DNA of 39,819 nt, taken from assembly GCA_965603505.1 (NCBI GenBank), contig CBFDDG010000001.1, positions 1 to 39,819 on the forward strand. The letters are read 5' to 3'. Shown here piece by piece: positions 8,805 through 18,429 of this stretch. A program made the position numbers and the translations under genes. The stretch's first letter is position 1, and each line of letters begins with the position of its first letter. The DNA is from an uncultured Phycisphaerae bacterium. Its GTDB lineage: Bacteria; Planctomycetota; Phycisphaerae; Sedimentisphaerales; Anaerobacaceae. The notes under the pieces were generated by a model. It saw nothing but the letters and a program-made list of their open reading frames with translations. It did not search any database and was not told the DNA's origin.

Positions 8805-11800
8805 GTGGGGTCCTCCCTCAAGGCTTTGCGCAGAACGGTGATTAGCGTTCGGGGTTCGAAGTAGTTTTCGCCGAGGCGGAGGCGGACGGTTTGGGGATCG
8901 GGGATGTGGACTCCGCCTCGGATGTTGGCGAAGAGCGCGTTCACTCTTGTGGCGAGGGCATCTTGCCCTTGTGCTTTTCCCTCAAGAGACTGAAGCAAGG
9001 GCGGGACGCCCTCGCCACGCTGCCTGAAGGAGAAGACCAGGTCGCCAACCCTGCCGGGGGCGGGCGGCGAGGCGATGATGCTTCGGATGTCGTGCCTGGC
9101 GGCGGCGATTCGCACCTCGCCGATGTCCAGGAGCAGCCTCACCTCGTCCGGCAGCGGGCCGTAGACGTCGGCTAACTCGGCCTTGATCTGCTCCAGGTCG
9201 GCCGGCGCTCGGGACACGGCGATCTTGCGGTAGGTGTCCATGCGGTGGCGATCGATGGGGATGTAGTTCTTCGGGATGTACGTGGCGAAGCCCAGATCGA
9301 TGTTCACGGCGGGAATCGCCTCGACCTTTTCGTTCCTCATCTCGTGGACGGCGTTGGCCAACATCTCGCAATACATCTGATAGCCGACCAACTGGATGTG
9401 CCCGGACTGCTCGGGGCCGAGGATGTTGCCGGCCCCGCGGATCTCCAGGTCGCGCAGGGCGATGCGGAAACCCGCGCCGAGATGCGAGTATTCCTCGATG
9501 GCCTTGAGCCGCTTGGCGGCGACCGGCGAGACGGGCCGCGTGTTGGGCATCAGCATGTAGGCATAAGCCCGGTGCTTGTACCGCCCCACCCGGCCGCGAA
9601 GCTGGTGCATCTCGGCCAGGCCGAAACGGTCGGCGTCGTTGATGAAGATCGTGTTCGCGTTGGGGATGTCGAGGCCCGACTCAATAATCGTCGTGCACAC
9701 CAGCACGTCCGTCGCGCCGAGGACGAAATTGATCATGGCGTCCTCGAGCTCGCGCTTACCCATCTGGCCGTGCGCGATGCCGATCTTGGCGTCCTTGACC
9801 AGCTTCTGGATTTCCCAGGCCTTTTTCGCAATCGACTGGACACGGTTGTGCAGGAAGAAGACCTGGCCCTGGCGGTTCAGCTCACGGTAGATCGCCTTGC
9901 GGATCAGATCCGGGTTGTAGGTCGTGACGCTGGTCACGATGCTGCGCCGGTCCAGCGGCGGGGTCGCTAACGAGCTGATATCGCGCAGGCCCAGCAGCGC
10001 CATGTGCAGCGTGCGCGGGATCGGCGTGGCGGTCATCGTCAGGATGTCCACGTTGACGCGCATGCGCTTGAGCCGCTCCTTGTGCTCGACGCCGAACCGC
10101 TGCTCCTCGTCGATGATGAGCAGGCCCAGGTCCTTGAAGGCGACGTCGCCGCTGAGCAGCCGGTGCGTGCCGATGAGAACGTCCACCTTCCCTGCCCTGG
10201 CTCGTGTAATGATGTCCCTGGCCTGCCGGCCCGTCTTGAAGCGGTTGAGCACCTCGACCACCACGGGGAAATCGGCGAAGCGATCCCGGAAGGTCCGCTC
10301 GTGCTGGACGGACAGGACCGTCGTGGGAACGAGCACGGCGACCTGTCGGCCGTTCTCAACCGTCTTGAACGCCGCCCGCATGGCCAGCTCCGTTTTGCCG
10401 TAGCCGACGTCGCCGCAGAGCAGCCGGTCCATCGCGACGGCTTCCTGCATATCTGCCTTGATCTCACGAATGGCATTGATCTGGTCGGGCGTCTCCTGAT
10501 AGGGGAACGACTCCTCGAACTCCATCTGCCAATTCGAATCCTCCTCGCAGGTGATGCCACCCACCGCTTGCCGTTTCGCCTGGACGTTCAGCAGCTCGGC
10601 CGCCAGGTCGCGGACGCACCGGGCGACCTTGTCCTTCTGCTTCTGCCAGCGCTTCGAGCCGACCTTGCTGAGCGTCGGCCGCTTGGGGCTCGTGCCGATG
10701 TATTTCTGCACGAGCGCGATATTCTGGACCGCCACCTGGATCTTGACGCGGTCGGCGTATTCGATCGTGAGGTACTCGGCTTTGCCCCCCTTCTCTTCGA
10801 TGGTCTCGGTGCCGAGGAATTTGCCGATGCCGTATGAAGCGTGCACGACATACTCACCGGCCTGGAGATCGGCCAGCGTATCCACGGGCATCGTCGCGCG
10901 GGCGGGCCGCTCCCGCCGGCGAAGAGCGTACTGTCCGAACAGCTCGTGATGGCTGACGATGATCGTCTTGAGCGATTCGACGACGAATCCCTGGTGGATG
11001 TAGCCCAGCGGGAGCCGGAAATTGTGGGGCACGTCGCCGCTGATCTCCTTGACGATCTCGGTGACCCGCTGAGTCTCCGCAGGGCTCTCGCAGTACAGAA
11101 AGACGCTGTTATGGTCCTTCGCACGCCCGATCAGCTCTTCGAGGGCGGCCTTATGCCCGGCCCAGAGCGAGGTGGCCTTGCGCTCGAACTGCTGAATGCT
11201 CCTGACGTCGAGCTTGTGCCACCCACCGGGCTGGTCGGCAGCGAACCGGCAGACGTGCAACTGCATGAACCGGGCCGCCGCACTGTAAATGTCCGCCCAC
11301 GGGTAGAGTCGGTCCGCCCCGCCGACCCGAGCGAGGAAGACCTTCGCCACCTCTTCCACTTCCCCCGGCTCCTCGAAGACCACGATCGTCTCGGCCGGGA
11401 GTATGTTCGAGAAGAGCTCTCGCTGCTCGACGACCGTTGCGGAGGCGGCGGCGACAATGACGATGCTCTCGATCTCCTGCGTCGAGCGCTGCGTGTCGAG
11501 GTCGATCTCACGGATGCTCTCGACCGTATCGCCGAAAAACTCAATGCGGATCGCCTTCGATCTGTCCGCAGATGAATCGTTGTCGCCGGCGCTGCGCAGC
11601 ACTGTGCCGCTGGTCAGAGGCGCGTAGATGTCGATGATTCCGCCGCGACGGGCGAACTGGCCCGGCAGATCCACCGCGTCGACCCGCTCGAAGTTGTTCC
11701 CGACGAGCCACTCGATCACGCTCTGGGGGTCTACAGTCTCCTCAAGGCGTAGCGCGAGCGCACTCTCGCGCAACGCCGAAGGCTTCGGAACGGGCTGACA

Positions 11801-12172
11801 CAGCGCCTGCACGGGTGCCGCAATCACAAAATCTTTCGGCCGGCCGCCCTCGGGCCCGGACAGCAGCGAGACGATGCGAAGCCTTTCAGCCCGCGTTTCA
11901 TCCGTCGCATCGGCCAGTTCCTCCTCGCCCTCCCAGGCGGGCAGCAATTCCACTCGCTCGGCCCCGAAGGTCTTGAGATCGTCGAAGGCGCGATCTGCAT
12001 CGTCGATATGGGGACAAATGTGGAGAATGGGGCGATGGAGCGTCTTGGCAATGTGGGCGGTCAGCAGGCGCGCAAAGGATCCCCACGTCCCTTCGACTTT
12101 CACCGGCCCTTTCGCCGTGTCGCCGAGTCGGGAAATCACCTGCGCGACCGTCTTATCCTGTCCCAAATCCAT
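8801..12172 (-). CDS. mfd: transcription-repair coupling factor Mfd
   Basis: The track ORF is 8801..12346. It shows the CarD-like region (AGEYVVHASYGIGKF), superfamily-2 helicase motifs (LLCGDVGYGKTE, LIIDEEQRFGV, TATPIPRTL, QLRGRVGR) and a TRG/C-terminal domain. The 12346 start is a TTG overlapping the upstream gene. The ATG at 12172 (MDLGQDK...) gives an N-terminal length like E. coli Mfd, and a TATAGT -10-like hexamer sits at 12194-12199. Confidence 0.95.
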   Translation of the reverse strand: MDLGQDKTVAQVISRLGDTAKGPVKVEGTWGSFARLLTAHIAKTLHRPILHICPHIDDADRAFDDLKTFGAERVELLPAWEGEEELADATDETRAERLRIVSLLSGPEGGRPKDFVIAAPVQALCQPVPKPSALRESALALRLEETVDPQSVIEWLVGNNFERVDAVDLPGQFARRGGIIDIYAPLTSGTVLRSAGDNDSSADRSKAIRIEFFGDTVESIREIDLDTQRSTQEIESIVIVAAASATVVEQRELFSNILPAETIVVFEEPGEVEEVAKVFLARVGGADRLYPWADIYSAAARFMQLHVCRFAADQPGGWHKLDVRSIQQFERKATSLWAGHKAALEELIGRAKDHNSVFLYCESPAETQRVTEIVKEISGDVPHNFRLPLGYIHQGFVVESLKTIIVSHHELFGQYALRRRERPARATMPVDTLADLQAGEYVVHASYGIGKFLGTETIEEKGGKAEYLTIEYADRVKIQVAVQNIALVQKYIGTSPKRPTLSKVGSKRWQKQKDKVARCVRDLAAELLNVQAKRQAVGGITCEEDSNWQMEFEESFPYQETPDQINAIREIKADMQEAVAMDRLLCGDVGYGKTELAMRAAFKTVENGRQVAVLVPTTVLSVQHERTFRDRFADFPVVVEVLNRFKTGRQARDIITRARAGKVDVLIGTHRLLSGDVAFKDLGLLIIDEEQRFGVEHKERLKRMRVNVDILTMTATPIPRTLHMALLGLRDISSLATPPLDRRSIVTSVTTYNPDLIRKAIYRELNRQGQVFFLHNRVQSIAKKAWEIQKLVKDAKIGIAHGQMGKRELEDAMINFVLGATDVLVCTTIIESGLDIPNANTIFINDADRFGLAEMHQLRGRVGRYKHRAYAYMLMPNTRPVSPVAAKRLKAIEEYSHLGAGFRIALRDLEIRGAGNILGPEQSGHIQLVGYQMYCEMLANAVHEMRNEKVEAIPAVNIDLGFATYIPKNYIPIDRHRMDTYRKIAVSRAPADLEQIKAELADVYGPLPDEVRLLLDIGEVRIAAARHDIRSIIASPPAPGRVGDLVFSFRQRGEGVPPLLQSLEGKAQGQDALATRVNALFANIRGGVHIPDPQTVRLRLGENYFEPRTLITVLRKALREDPT

Positions 12173-12336
12173 AGGACCTTGTGCCACGATCACACTATAC
12201 GCTATCAACTCATTGTTCGCACGGGATTTTGACGGACCGATCGAATGTGAAACGCGCCGGCCGCCCCGGATGTCGACAGAGCGACGCACTGTGCAGGATG
12301 GCTTGCTCCCGGTCGCCGAGAGGGCCGGTCGGAAAG

Positions 12337-13305
12337 CTACTCCCAACGGAGCTGCTTCAGATCCTCCTCGGTACGGATGAACTTAACGCTCCCGTCGTTG
12401 AAGAGAACGCAACCGCCTCTTGGGTCGTGGTTGTCGAAGGTGAAGAGTTCCGGCCCGCCGTGTTGGTTCCAGCCCGCCTTCGTCTCAAACAGCAGCACGG
12501 TATCCGGCGGCGAATTCGGCTCGCAATTCGGATTCATGGCGTAGTGGCATCTACCTTCTCGAATGGCAGAACACACAAACGCCCACTTTATGTCATTCTC
12601 TGGGAGATGCCCGGCACGCATGAAACGCTCGATCGCATCGCACCATTGGGAGGGCGTCGGATAAGTACCCCCGCGGTCTGCCAGATGGCGCATCCGCCAG
12701 CGTAGAGACTGGAGTGTGTGTGCACAGAATACCCGATACTCAAAAGGCCGGACTTGAGGTCTTCGTTTGTCCAGACAGAACATGAAGCGATCGTTGCGGA
12801 ATATGCGGTATACGGGGCCATCCTTGAGCCTCAAGTCCGTGTACCAGACTGCAAATGAGACCTTGGGCTTGTAGCCAACGTAGCCAGTGACTACGACGTA
12901 CTCCGCTGCCCGAATCGGCTTGGGATCCAGCCCAAGATACTCTGAAGACGCCGCCTCCTCGGCGAGTATTCTGATGTCGTTAGGATCGACGAGCACGATG
13001 GATTTCAAAGAACCAATGTACTGCTCTTCTTCGGCATTCAGGAGAGTCCTTGCCATCGCACTCCCGAAGAATCGCTGCAATATGGATGGTCGATACTGAA
13101 TCTCGATGCGTGTGCAATTCGTGAGATCGGGCGGCGGATGCTTGTAATCCCTTGGAAAGAGAAGCCGCCACGGGTGACGAAGGCCGCGAAGGAATATTGG
13201 TGCAACGCAAACACACACCAGGAGCACTACGATTGCCGAGACATAGACCGCTTCACACCGTCCAGTTGGATGTGAACTTGATGCCATAGTCACTTTCCCA
13301 TACAC
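12337..13305 (-). CDS. membrane-anchored protein with C-terminal DUF1559-like (H-X9-DG-like) domain
   Basis: 322-aa ORF with a TM anchor (VYVSAIVVLLVCVCVAPIFL). The C-terminus CHYAMNPNCEPNSPPDTVLLFETKAGWNQHGGPE...GGCVLFNDGSVKFIRTEEDLKQLRWE is paralogous to aa ~105-182 of the 7335..8804 product. The 13305 start is a GTG, and an ATG alternative lies at 13287. Confidence 0.6.
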   Translation of the reverse strand: MYGKVTMASSSHPTGRCEAVYVSAIVVLLVCVCVAPIFLRGLRHPWRLLFPRDYKHPPPDLTNCTRIEIQYRPSILQRFFGSAMARTLLNAEEEQYIGSLKSIVLVDPNDIRILAEEAASSEYLGLDPKPIRAAEYVVVTGYVGYKPKVSFAVWYTDLRLKDGPVYRIFRNDRFMFCLDKRRPQVRPFEYRVFCAHTLQSLRWRMRHLADRGGTYPTPSQWCDAIERFMRAGHLPENDIKWAFVCSAIREGRCHYAMNPNCEPNSPPDTVLLFETKAGWNQHGGPELFTFDNHDPRGGCVLFNDGSVKFIRTEEDLKQLRWE

Positions 13306-13406
13306 TGGGCGAAATCAACGAGCAGGATGCCGGGCTTACGCTTGTGCAAGCACACCTTTTCCACAAGCTGCAACAGGCCCACGAAAGTGTATCTCTGGCC
13401 TCTGTC

Positions 13407-14531
13407 TTATGCGCGGTTCTGCTTGCTCATGCCGAGGAGGCGGGCGGCGATCTCGGCGGCGGCGGCGGGACGGGCGACCTGCTCGCACGCCTCGGACATC
13501 GGACGCCGTTTCTCATCATCCGTCATCAGCTCCTGCAGCTCCTCCCAGAGCCATTCGGCGCGGTCGTTCGGGTCGGGAACGTCGTCGACGATCACGGCGG
13601 CGCCCACCTCGACGAGCTTAGCGGCGTTGAGATACTGGTGCCTGTCCTTGTGATGCGGGTACGGCATGCAGATACTCGGGACGCCCGCGGCCGCGTACTC
13701 GGCCACGCTGACGGCCCCGCTTCGCCCCACCACCAGATCGGCCGCCGCGAGCAGGTCCGGCATGTGATCGTAATAGCCCAGCACTTTGTGACTGATGCGA
13801 GCCCCTTCATATCCGTTCTGCACGGCCCTGTAGTTCGCCAGGCCCGTCAAGTGCACGATCTGCCAACTGTCGGTGAACCGATCGAGTTTCGGCAGCAGTC
13901 GGAAGACGGCGTCATTGATGCTCGCCGAGCCGCTGGACGCCCCCGTGATCAGCAGGACGTTCTTGCTCGCATTCAGGCCAAGCTCCTCTGTGGCCTTGTC
14001 CGCGTCCGGATTCAGGAATCCGCTGCGCAGGGGACAGCCGACGGCATTCACCACCGCCCGGCCGCGCGAGAGGTGCTCTCTGCTCTCCTCGAACTGCACG
14101 AAGATTTCGTCCGCCCAGCGAGCACTGAGCCGGTTCGCCCGGCCGGGGATAAGGTCCACGTTGAGCAGCACCACCGGGGCCCCCAGCCTGTGTCCCGCTC
14201 GACAGACCGGCGCCGCCACGAACCCCCCCGCGCCGACCACCACCGGGTTGACGCTTTCGGCCATCACTCGCCTGGCCGTTTGGTAGCTCTGCTGAAAGGT
14301 GCGACAGAATCGAAGGAATTTGACCGGTTGCGCGGACAGGCCGCAAGCCGGCAGCGGTGTCCGTGCGAAGTGAGTCTTGTCGAACACCCGCTCGTCGACC
14401 GCTCTGGTGCTGTGGAAGAAGTGAACGCCGGCATCCGGCTGCCGGGCCAACAACTGCTCGGCGACGGCCAGAAGCGGATAGATGTGCCCGCCCGTGCCGC
14501 CGCCGGCCAGGAAGAACGACACATTGATCAC
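13407..14531 (-). CDS. murG: UDP-N-acetylglucosamine--N-acetylmuramyl-(pentapeptide) pyrophosphoryl-undecaprenol N-acetylglucosamine transferase MurG
   Basis: 374-aa ORF whose N-terminal FFLAGGGTGGHIYPLLAVAEQL is the MurG G-loop. It has the GT28 architecture. The start is a GTG at 14531 with a GGAGG (14538-14542) 6 nt upstream. Confidence 0.93.
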   Translation of the reverse strand: MINVSFFLAGGGTGGHIYPLLAVAEQLLARQPDAGVHFFHSTRAVDERVFDKTHFARTPLPACGLSAQPVKFLRFCRTFQQSYQTARRVMAESVNPVVVGAGGFVAAPVCRAGHRLGAPVVLLNVDLIPGRANRLSARWADEIFVQFEESREHLSRGRAVVNAVGCPLRSGFLNPDADKATEELGLNASKNVLLITGASSGSASINDAVFRLLPKLDRFTDSWQIVHLTGLANYRAVQNGYEGARISHKVLGYYDHMPDLLAAADLVVGRSGAVSVAEYAAAGVPSICMPYPHHKDRHQYLNAAKLVEVGAAVIVDDVPDPNDRAEWLWEELQELMTDDEKRRPMSEACEQVARPAAAAEIAARLLGMSKQNRA

Positions 14532-14635
14532 TCTCGACCTCCTTGTCTATCCCTTCCGTGGATACGGCGCACAATCCCTGCCTGTGAACCACCACGGCTA
14601 TCCTACTCGCTGGAGACCCGATCTGTATACTGTTT

Positions 14636-17600
14636 TCATTCGATGGCCGAGGCCAGTTTCGGCGGTACACTGCCGTCTTCCGGTGGAACATTCGTCAAGG
14701 TAAACCGCTGTACGTCGCGGCGCCACTCCCGGGCCAGGAGCGTCAGATCCGCTGCGCCCGTATGCCCGTCGCGGTTCAGGTCTGTTTCGCACCTCAGACC
14801 GGGCCGCATCCAGACCGTCGTCATGTGCCCTAGGTCCAGCCAATCCACCATGCCATCGTTGTTCATGTCCGCGAGCAGCGTCCAGCCGGATGGCGCCAGG
14901 CTCGCTTCGGCCGTGCCGCCATAGGCCCCTACATTGATCCGCGGGTTCACCGCCGCCGCATGGTCCGGATCGTCCGGCACAGTCACAGGCTCATCGCCCA
15001 GCGGCCAGCCCGGATTGCCCGCATCAATACAGGGGCTCGTCACGGCATCATACGTCCAGCGATTGAGGAGGCGGTCCCACCGCCAGGCTCGGCTCTTGAG
15101 ATGAAAGTCCCCGCCGTCGGCGTCGACGAACAAGGGATCGCGGCCGAAGTTGCCGTACCCGCCCAGCGCCCCGCTCCAGTCCTGCACACAGCAGTACCGG
15201 ATATCAACGCCGCCATTCGCAACGATCTGGGCCGGCTCGACTTGCTCGGCGCTGTCGCTATCCGTATTGCCCCAGAGAATGCAGTTGTCAAGCCGCACGT
15301 CGCTGCCTCCGGCGTTCCAGATGCCGCCGGAAGACCGCTCGGCGTGATTGCCGCTGATCGTACAGTTGGCCAGCACGACCTCGGAGGCGGAGTCCGTTAT
15401 CGCCCCGCCGGAGCCGTTTGCGACGTTGCCGCTGAAAATGCAGTTGACGAAGGTGGCCTCGCCGCCGTCTTTGTTGCCCACCGCACCGCCGTTGCCCTTC
15501 GCCCGGTTCCCGGTGAACACGCACCGTTCAAACGTTGGGCGGCTGTCGTCCCAGTTGCCGACGGCGCCGCCGCTGTCATCACTGGAGTTGCCGCTGAAGG
15601 TGCAACCGGCGACGCGGGGGCTGCTTCCGTCGAAATTGCCAAGGCCGCCGGCGCTGTACCATGCCGAGTTGCCAAGGAAGGTGCAATCGCTCATGGCCGG
15701 ACTGCTGCCGTGTCGGTTGGCCATGCCTCCGCCCCGACCGGACAAGCGGGACGACGCACACGAGTTCTCCTGAAACGTGCAATTGATGATGGTCGGCCTG
15801 CTCCCGTAGCAGTTGCACAATCCGCCGCCGTACTGATCGGCAGAGTTCTTGATGAAGATGCAGTTTCTGATCGTCGGACTGCTGCCCACGCAGCGAATGC
15901 CGCCGCCATAGTCCGCGTTGCCGCCATCGGTGATCGTGAAGCCATCGAGAACGCTCGCCGCGGTCTCACCGCTGTGGAAATGAAAGGCCCGTCCCCGCCC
16001 CTGGCAATCGATGATGCACGACGCCGGCCCGTTCTCGCTGCGCACCGTGACCGCCTTGCCGGAGAAGTCGATTTCCAGGTTGCCCTCGCCCGAATACGTG
16101 CCGTCGGCGACCCAGATCGTGTCCCCGTCCCCGGCATCATCGATGGCCGCCTGAAGTGCAGGATACACCTCGGGCACACGAAAGCCCTTGAAGCTGCCCT
16201 GGGCGACAAACGAGTAGCCTTGGCCCCCATCATCCGCGATCGTTTCGTTACCCGCCGCATCGGTGAGCGCCACGACAAAGCAATATCGCGTCTGAGGGAC
16301 CAGACGGCGCAGCTCAATCCTGTGCCGGTCGCTCAAGTCGGAACCTTTCTCGATCAGATCGTAGGGGCCGCCGCATGTTGTGCCATATCGAATCCGGGCG
16401 ATGGTTGGCTCGTCGGTCACCAGTTCAATGGTCGCTCCCGCCCGGCGGATCTCGATCTTCAGATCGGACACCGCCGGTGGCTCGTAGTCAGCGGGCGCAA
16501 TCGCCTGCCGCCATCGATCCCCCTGACCCAAGCCATCATCGCCATCCACGTAGCGGGCGTAAATGTTCTCGCTGTGTTGCACCTGCAAAGTGCCATCATC
16601 AAGCTCGACCGCCGCTGATGTGCTCGCAATCATGCCCCTGAAAACACCGAGCGCGACTTGGGTCTCCGTCAAGATCAGCGTCTCGAGATCCCCCCCGTCG
16701 CTCTCCATCAGCACCCCCTGGTGACCGGTGCCCCTCAGGTCCCAGTCGGCCAGAAGAACGCCGATGTCGGCGCCTTCGGCGTAGTCACCCCGATCCAAGC
16801 GAATTGCCCCCTCCGACGGGATAGCCGCACGCAAAGCCTTGTATAGGTTCAGCCGGCCATTTGAGGCGCAGATGCCCGGCGTAATGGGATCGGCCATCGA
16901 TAGCAGCATCTGCTCCAGTTCGTCGCTCGTGAGCAATGGGTTTGCTGAAAGCAGCAGCGCACACGCTCCGGAAACATGTGGAGCAGCCATCGATGTGCCT
17001 GACGTTCTCCCGGTGAATTCGTCCTGGTCGCCGCCTGCGGATTCCATCGCCGGCCGAATCGACAGGATGTTGCGTCCCGGCGCCGCGATATCCACCCAGT
17101 CGCCGTAGTTCGAGAGGTACCACCGCCGGTCGTTCGACTCCGTCGCCGCAACGGCGAAAACCGACGAGTAAGCCGCCGGGTAGAATGGAGTGTCGGAATC
17201 CTCGTTGCCCGCTGCGGCCACCACGATCACGCCTTCGCGATGGGCGTATTCGATGGCTTCCTTGATCGCCTCTGAGGGATCCTCGCCGCCCCAACTCCCC
17301 GAGATGATATCGGCACCGTTCGCCACAGCGTAGTAGATCGCCGGGACGGCATCCGCAGCGCTGCCGTCGCCGTCCGATCCAAGGATCTTCAGCGCCATGA
17401 TGCGGGCTGTCCAGCATACGCCCGTCACGTCGAGGCCATTGTCTCCCGCCGCCGCGATGATGCCTGCGCATTTGGTTCCATGGCCGTGATCGTCCACCGG
17501 ATCGCTGTTGTTGTAGGCGAAATTATATCCGTGGATATCATCGACGTAGCCATTGCTATCATCATCCACCTCAGGCTCGCCGTTCCATTCCGCCTCGTTG

Positions 17601-18274
17601 ACCCAAAGGTTGCCCTGAAGATCTCTGTGATGGTGGTCGACGCCCGTATCGATGACGGCGACGACCACGTCATTGACACCCCGGCACGTTTCCCATGCCT
17701 CAGCGGCTTGGATCTTGTTGAGCGCCCACTGCTCCGCATACAGCGGGTCGTTGGGCGTAGCACAGATCGCGATGGTCGGATTCCGTTCAGCATACTCCAC
17801 GTCCGGGCAACTTCGATACGCTGCAAGCGCCTCCTCCAGAGTCTGCCCGGCTTCAAGATCCAGCCTTACCCGGTAGATCCTGCCGAGATCCGGCGCCCTG
17901 CGGGTCCCTAATAAGCGCTTCTGGCGCAACAGATATCTCTGTCTCCGCATCCGGCGCAGTTCATCGCGCGCTCGCACCGTCTCCAGCCTTGCCTGCTGCC
18001 GGTCGAAATCCCTCAGCAGCGGCGTGATCTCCCGCACGCGGTAACGATCCTGGAGAATCCGTAAACCATGGCCTGCGAGCAATTCGTCGTTTTTGGACAG
18101 CTCTGCGAGACGGCCGCTACAGTCCACCACCGACGAGCGGAACTTCACGATGATCTCATGTGGGGCGGAACGGCCGTGCCCGAAGCGCTGCGCACCTGCC
18201 GACGGAGCGCCCGCCAACGCGACAGAGACAACAGCCGCGAAAAGACACGCTTTAATCGTATCGCCCTTTCTCAA
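14636..18274 (-). CDS. secreted multidomain subtilisin-like serine protease (S8) with parallel beta-helix repeats and C-terminal dockerin-like module
   Basis: 1212-aa ORF with a signal peptide (ACLFAAVVSVALAGAPSAGAQ). The S8 catalytic triad contexts are VAVIDTGVD, HGHGTKCAG and GTSMAAPHVSGA. About 9-10 repeats of the type GG(G/A)..N.....P....C.F..N.A fit a right-handed beta-helix. The C-terminal DMNNDGMVDWLDL...DLNRDGHTGAADLTLL fits a dockerin-type Ca-binding pair. The start is a TTG. Confidence 0.9.
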   Translation of the reverse strand: MRKGDTIKACLFAAVVSVALAGAPSAGAQRFGHGRSAPHEIIVKFRSSVVDCSGRLAELSKNDELLAGHGLRILQDRYRVREITPLLRDFDRQQARLETVRARDELRRMRRQRYLLRQKRLLGTRRAPDLGRIYRVRLDLEAGQTLEEALAAYRSCPDVEYAERNPTIAICATPNDPLYAEQWALNKIQAAEAWETCRGVNDVVVAVIDTGVDHHHRDLQGNLWVNEAEWNGEPEVDDDSNGYVDDIHGYNFAYNNSDPVDDHGHGTKCAGIIAAAGDNGLDVTGVCWTARIMALKILGSDGDGSAADAVPAIYYAVANGADIISGSWGGEDPSEAIKEAIEYAHREGVIVVAAAGNEDSDTPFYPAAYSSVFAVAATESNDRRWYLSNYGDWVDIAAPGRNILSIRPAMESAGGDQDEFTGRTSGTSMAAPHVSGACALLLSANPLLTSDELEQMLLSMADPITPGICASNGRLNLYKALRAAIPSEGAIRLDRGDYAEGADIGVLLADWDLRGTGHQGVLMESDGGDLETLILTETQVALGVFRGMIASTSAAVELDDGTLQVQHSENIYARYVDGDDGLGQGDRWRQAIAPADYEPPAVSDLKIEIRRAGATIELVTDEPTIARIRYGTTCGGPYDLIEKGSDLSDRHRIELRRLVPQTRYCFVVALTDAAGNETIADDGGQGYSFVAQGSFKGFRVPEVYPALQAAIDDAGDGDTIWVADGTYSGEGNLEIDFSGKAVTVRSENGPASCIIDCQGRGRAFHFHSGETAASVLDGFTITDGGNADYGGGIRCVGSSPTIRNCIFIKNSADQYGGGLCNCYGSRPTIINCTFQENSCASSRLSGRGGGMANRHGSSPAMSDCTFLGNSAWYSAGGLGNFDGSSPRVAGCTFSGNSSDDSGGAVGNWDDSRPTFERCVFTGNRAKGNGGAVGNKDGGEATFVNCIFSGNVANGSGGAITDSASEVVLANCTISGNHAERSSGGIWNAGGSDVRLDNCILWGNTDSDSAEQVEPAQIVANGGVDIRYCCVQDWSGALGGYGNFGRDPLFVDADGGDFHLKSRAWRWDRLLNRWTYDAVTSPCIDAGNPGWPLGDEPVTVPDDPDHAAAVNPRINVGAYGGTAEASLAPSGWTLLADMNNDGMVDWLDLGHMTTVWMRPGLRCETDLNRDGHTGAADLTLLAREWRRDVQRFTLTNVPPEDGSVPPKLASAIE

Positions 18275-18341
18275 AAGCTACGCTACAACCCCCATACCCT
18301 CACCTACCCGCGGGCGCAGTCACAGACCCGCACCATGCCCT

Positions 18342-18350
18342 ATTGTAGCA
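18342..18350 (-). promoter_or_regulatory. candidate extended -10 promoter element (TGcTACAAT) upstream of the S8 protease gene
   Basis: The minus strand reads ttttttGCTACAATaggg. It lies about 65 nt upstream of the protease start at 18274 and downstream of the ftsW stop. No good -35 hexamer is present. Confidence 0.3.
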
Positions 18351-18429
18351 AAAAGGGGTGGAAAAATCACGCGCAAAGCCCGCAAGGGACAATCGCGAGG
18401 AGGTACTCGAGGTCCGATATTCTCTAAGT

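Noticed and set aside
12173-12346. N-terminal 58-aa extension of Mfd from a TTG at 12346. Similar upstream extensions occur at 2921 (PPIase), 29486 (TPR), 22798 (beta-helix) and 23364 (receiver).
   Set aside because: The extensions overlap the preceding genes or lack signal-peptide logic. The internal ATG starts give canonical N-termini and, in three cases, good Shine-Dalgarno spacing. The extended starts cannot be excluded without proteomic or ribosome-profiling data.
13344-16618. Long plus-strand ORFs 13344..14924 (526 aa) and 14960..16618 (552 aa).
   Set aside because: They lie antisense to murG and to the S8 protease, both of which carry unambiguous family motifs. The products are Arg/Gly/Ala/Pro-rich shadow translations.
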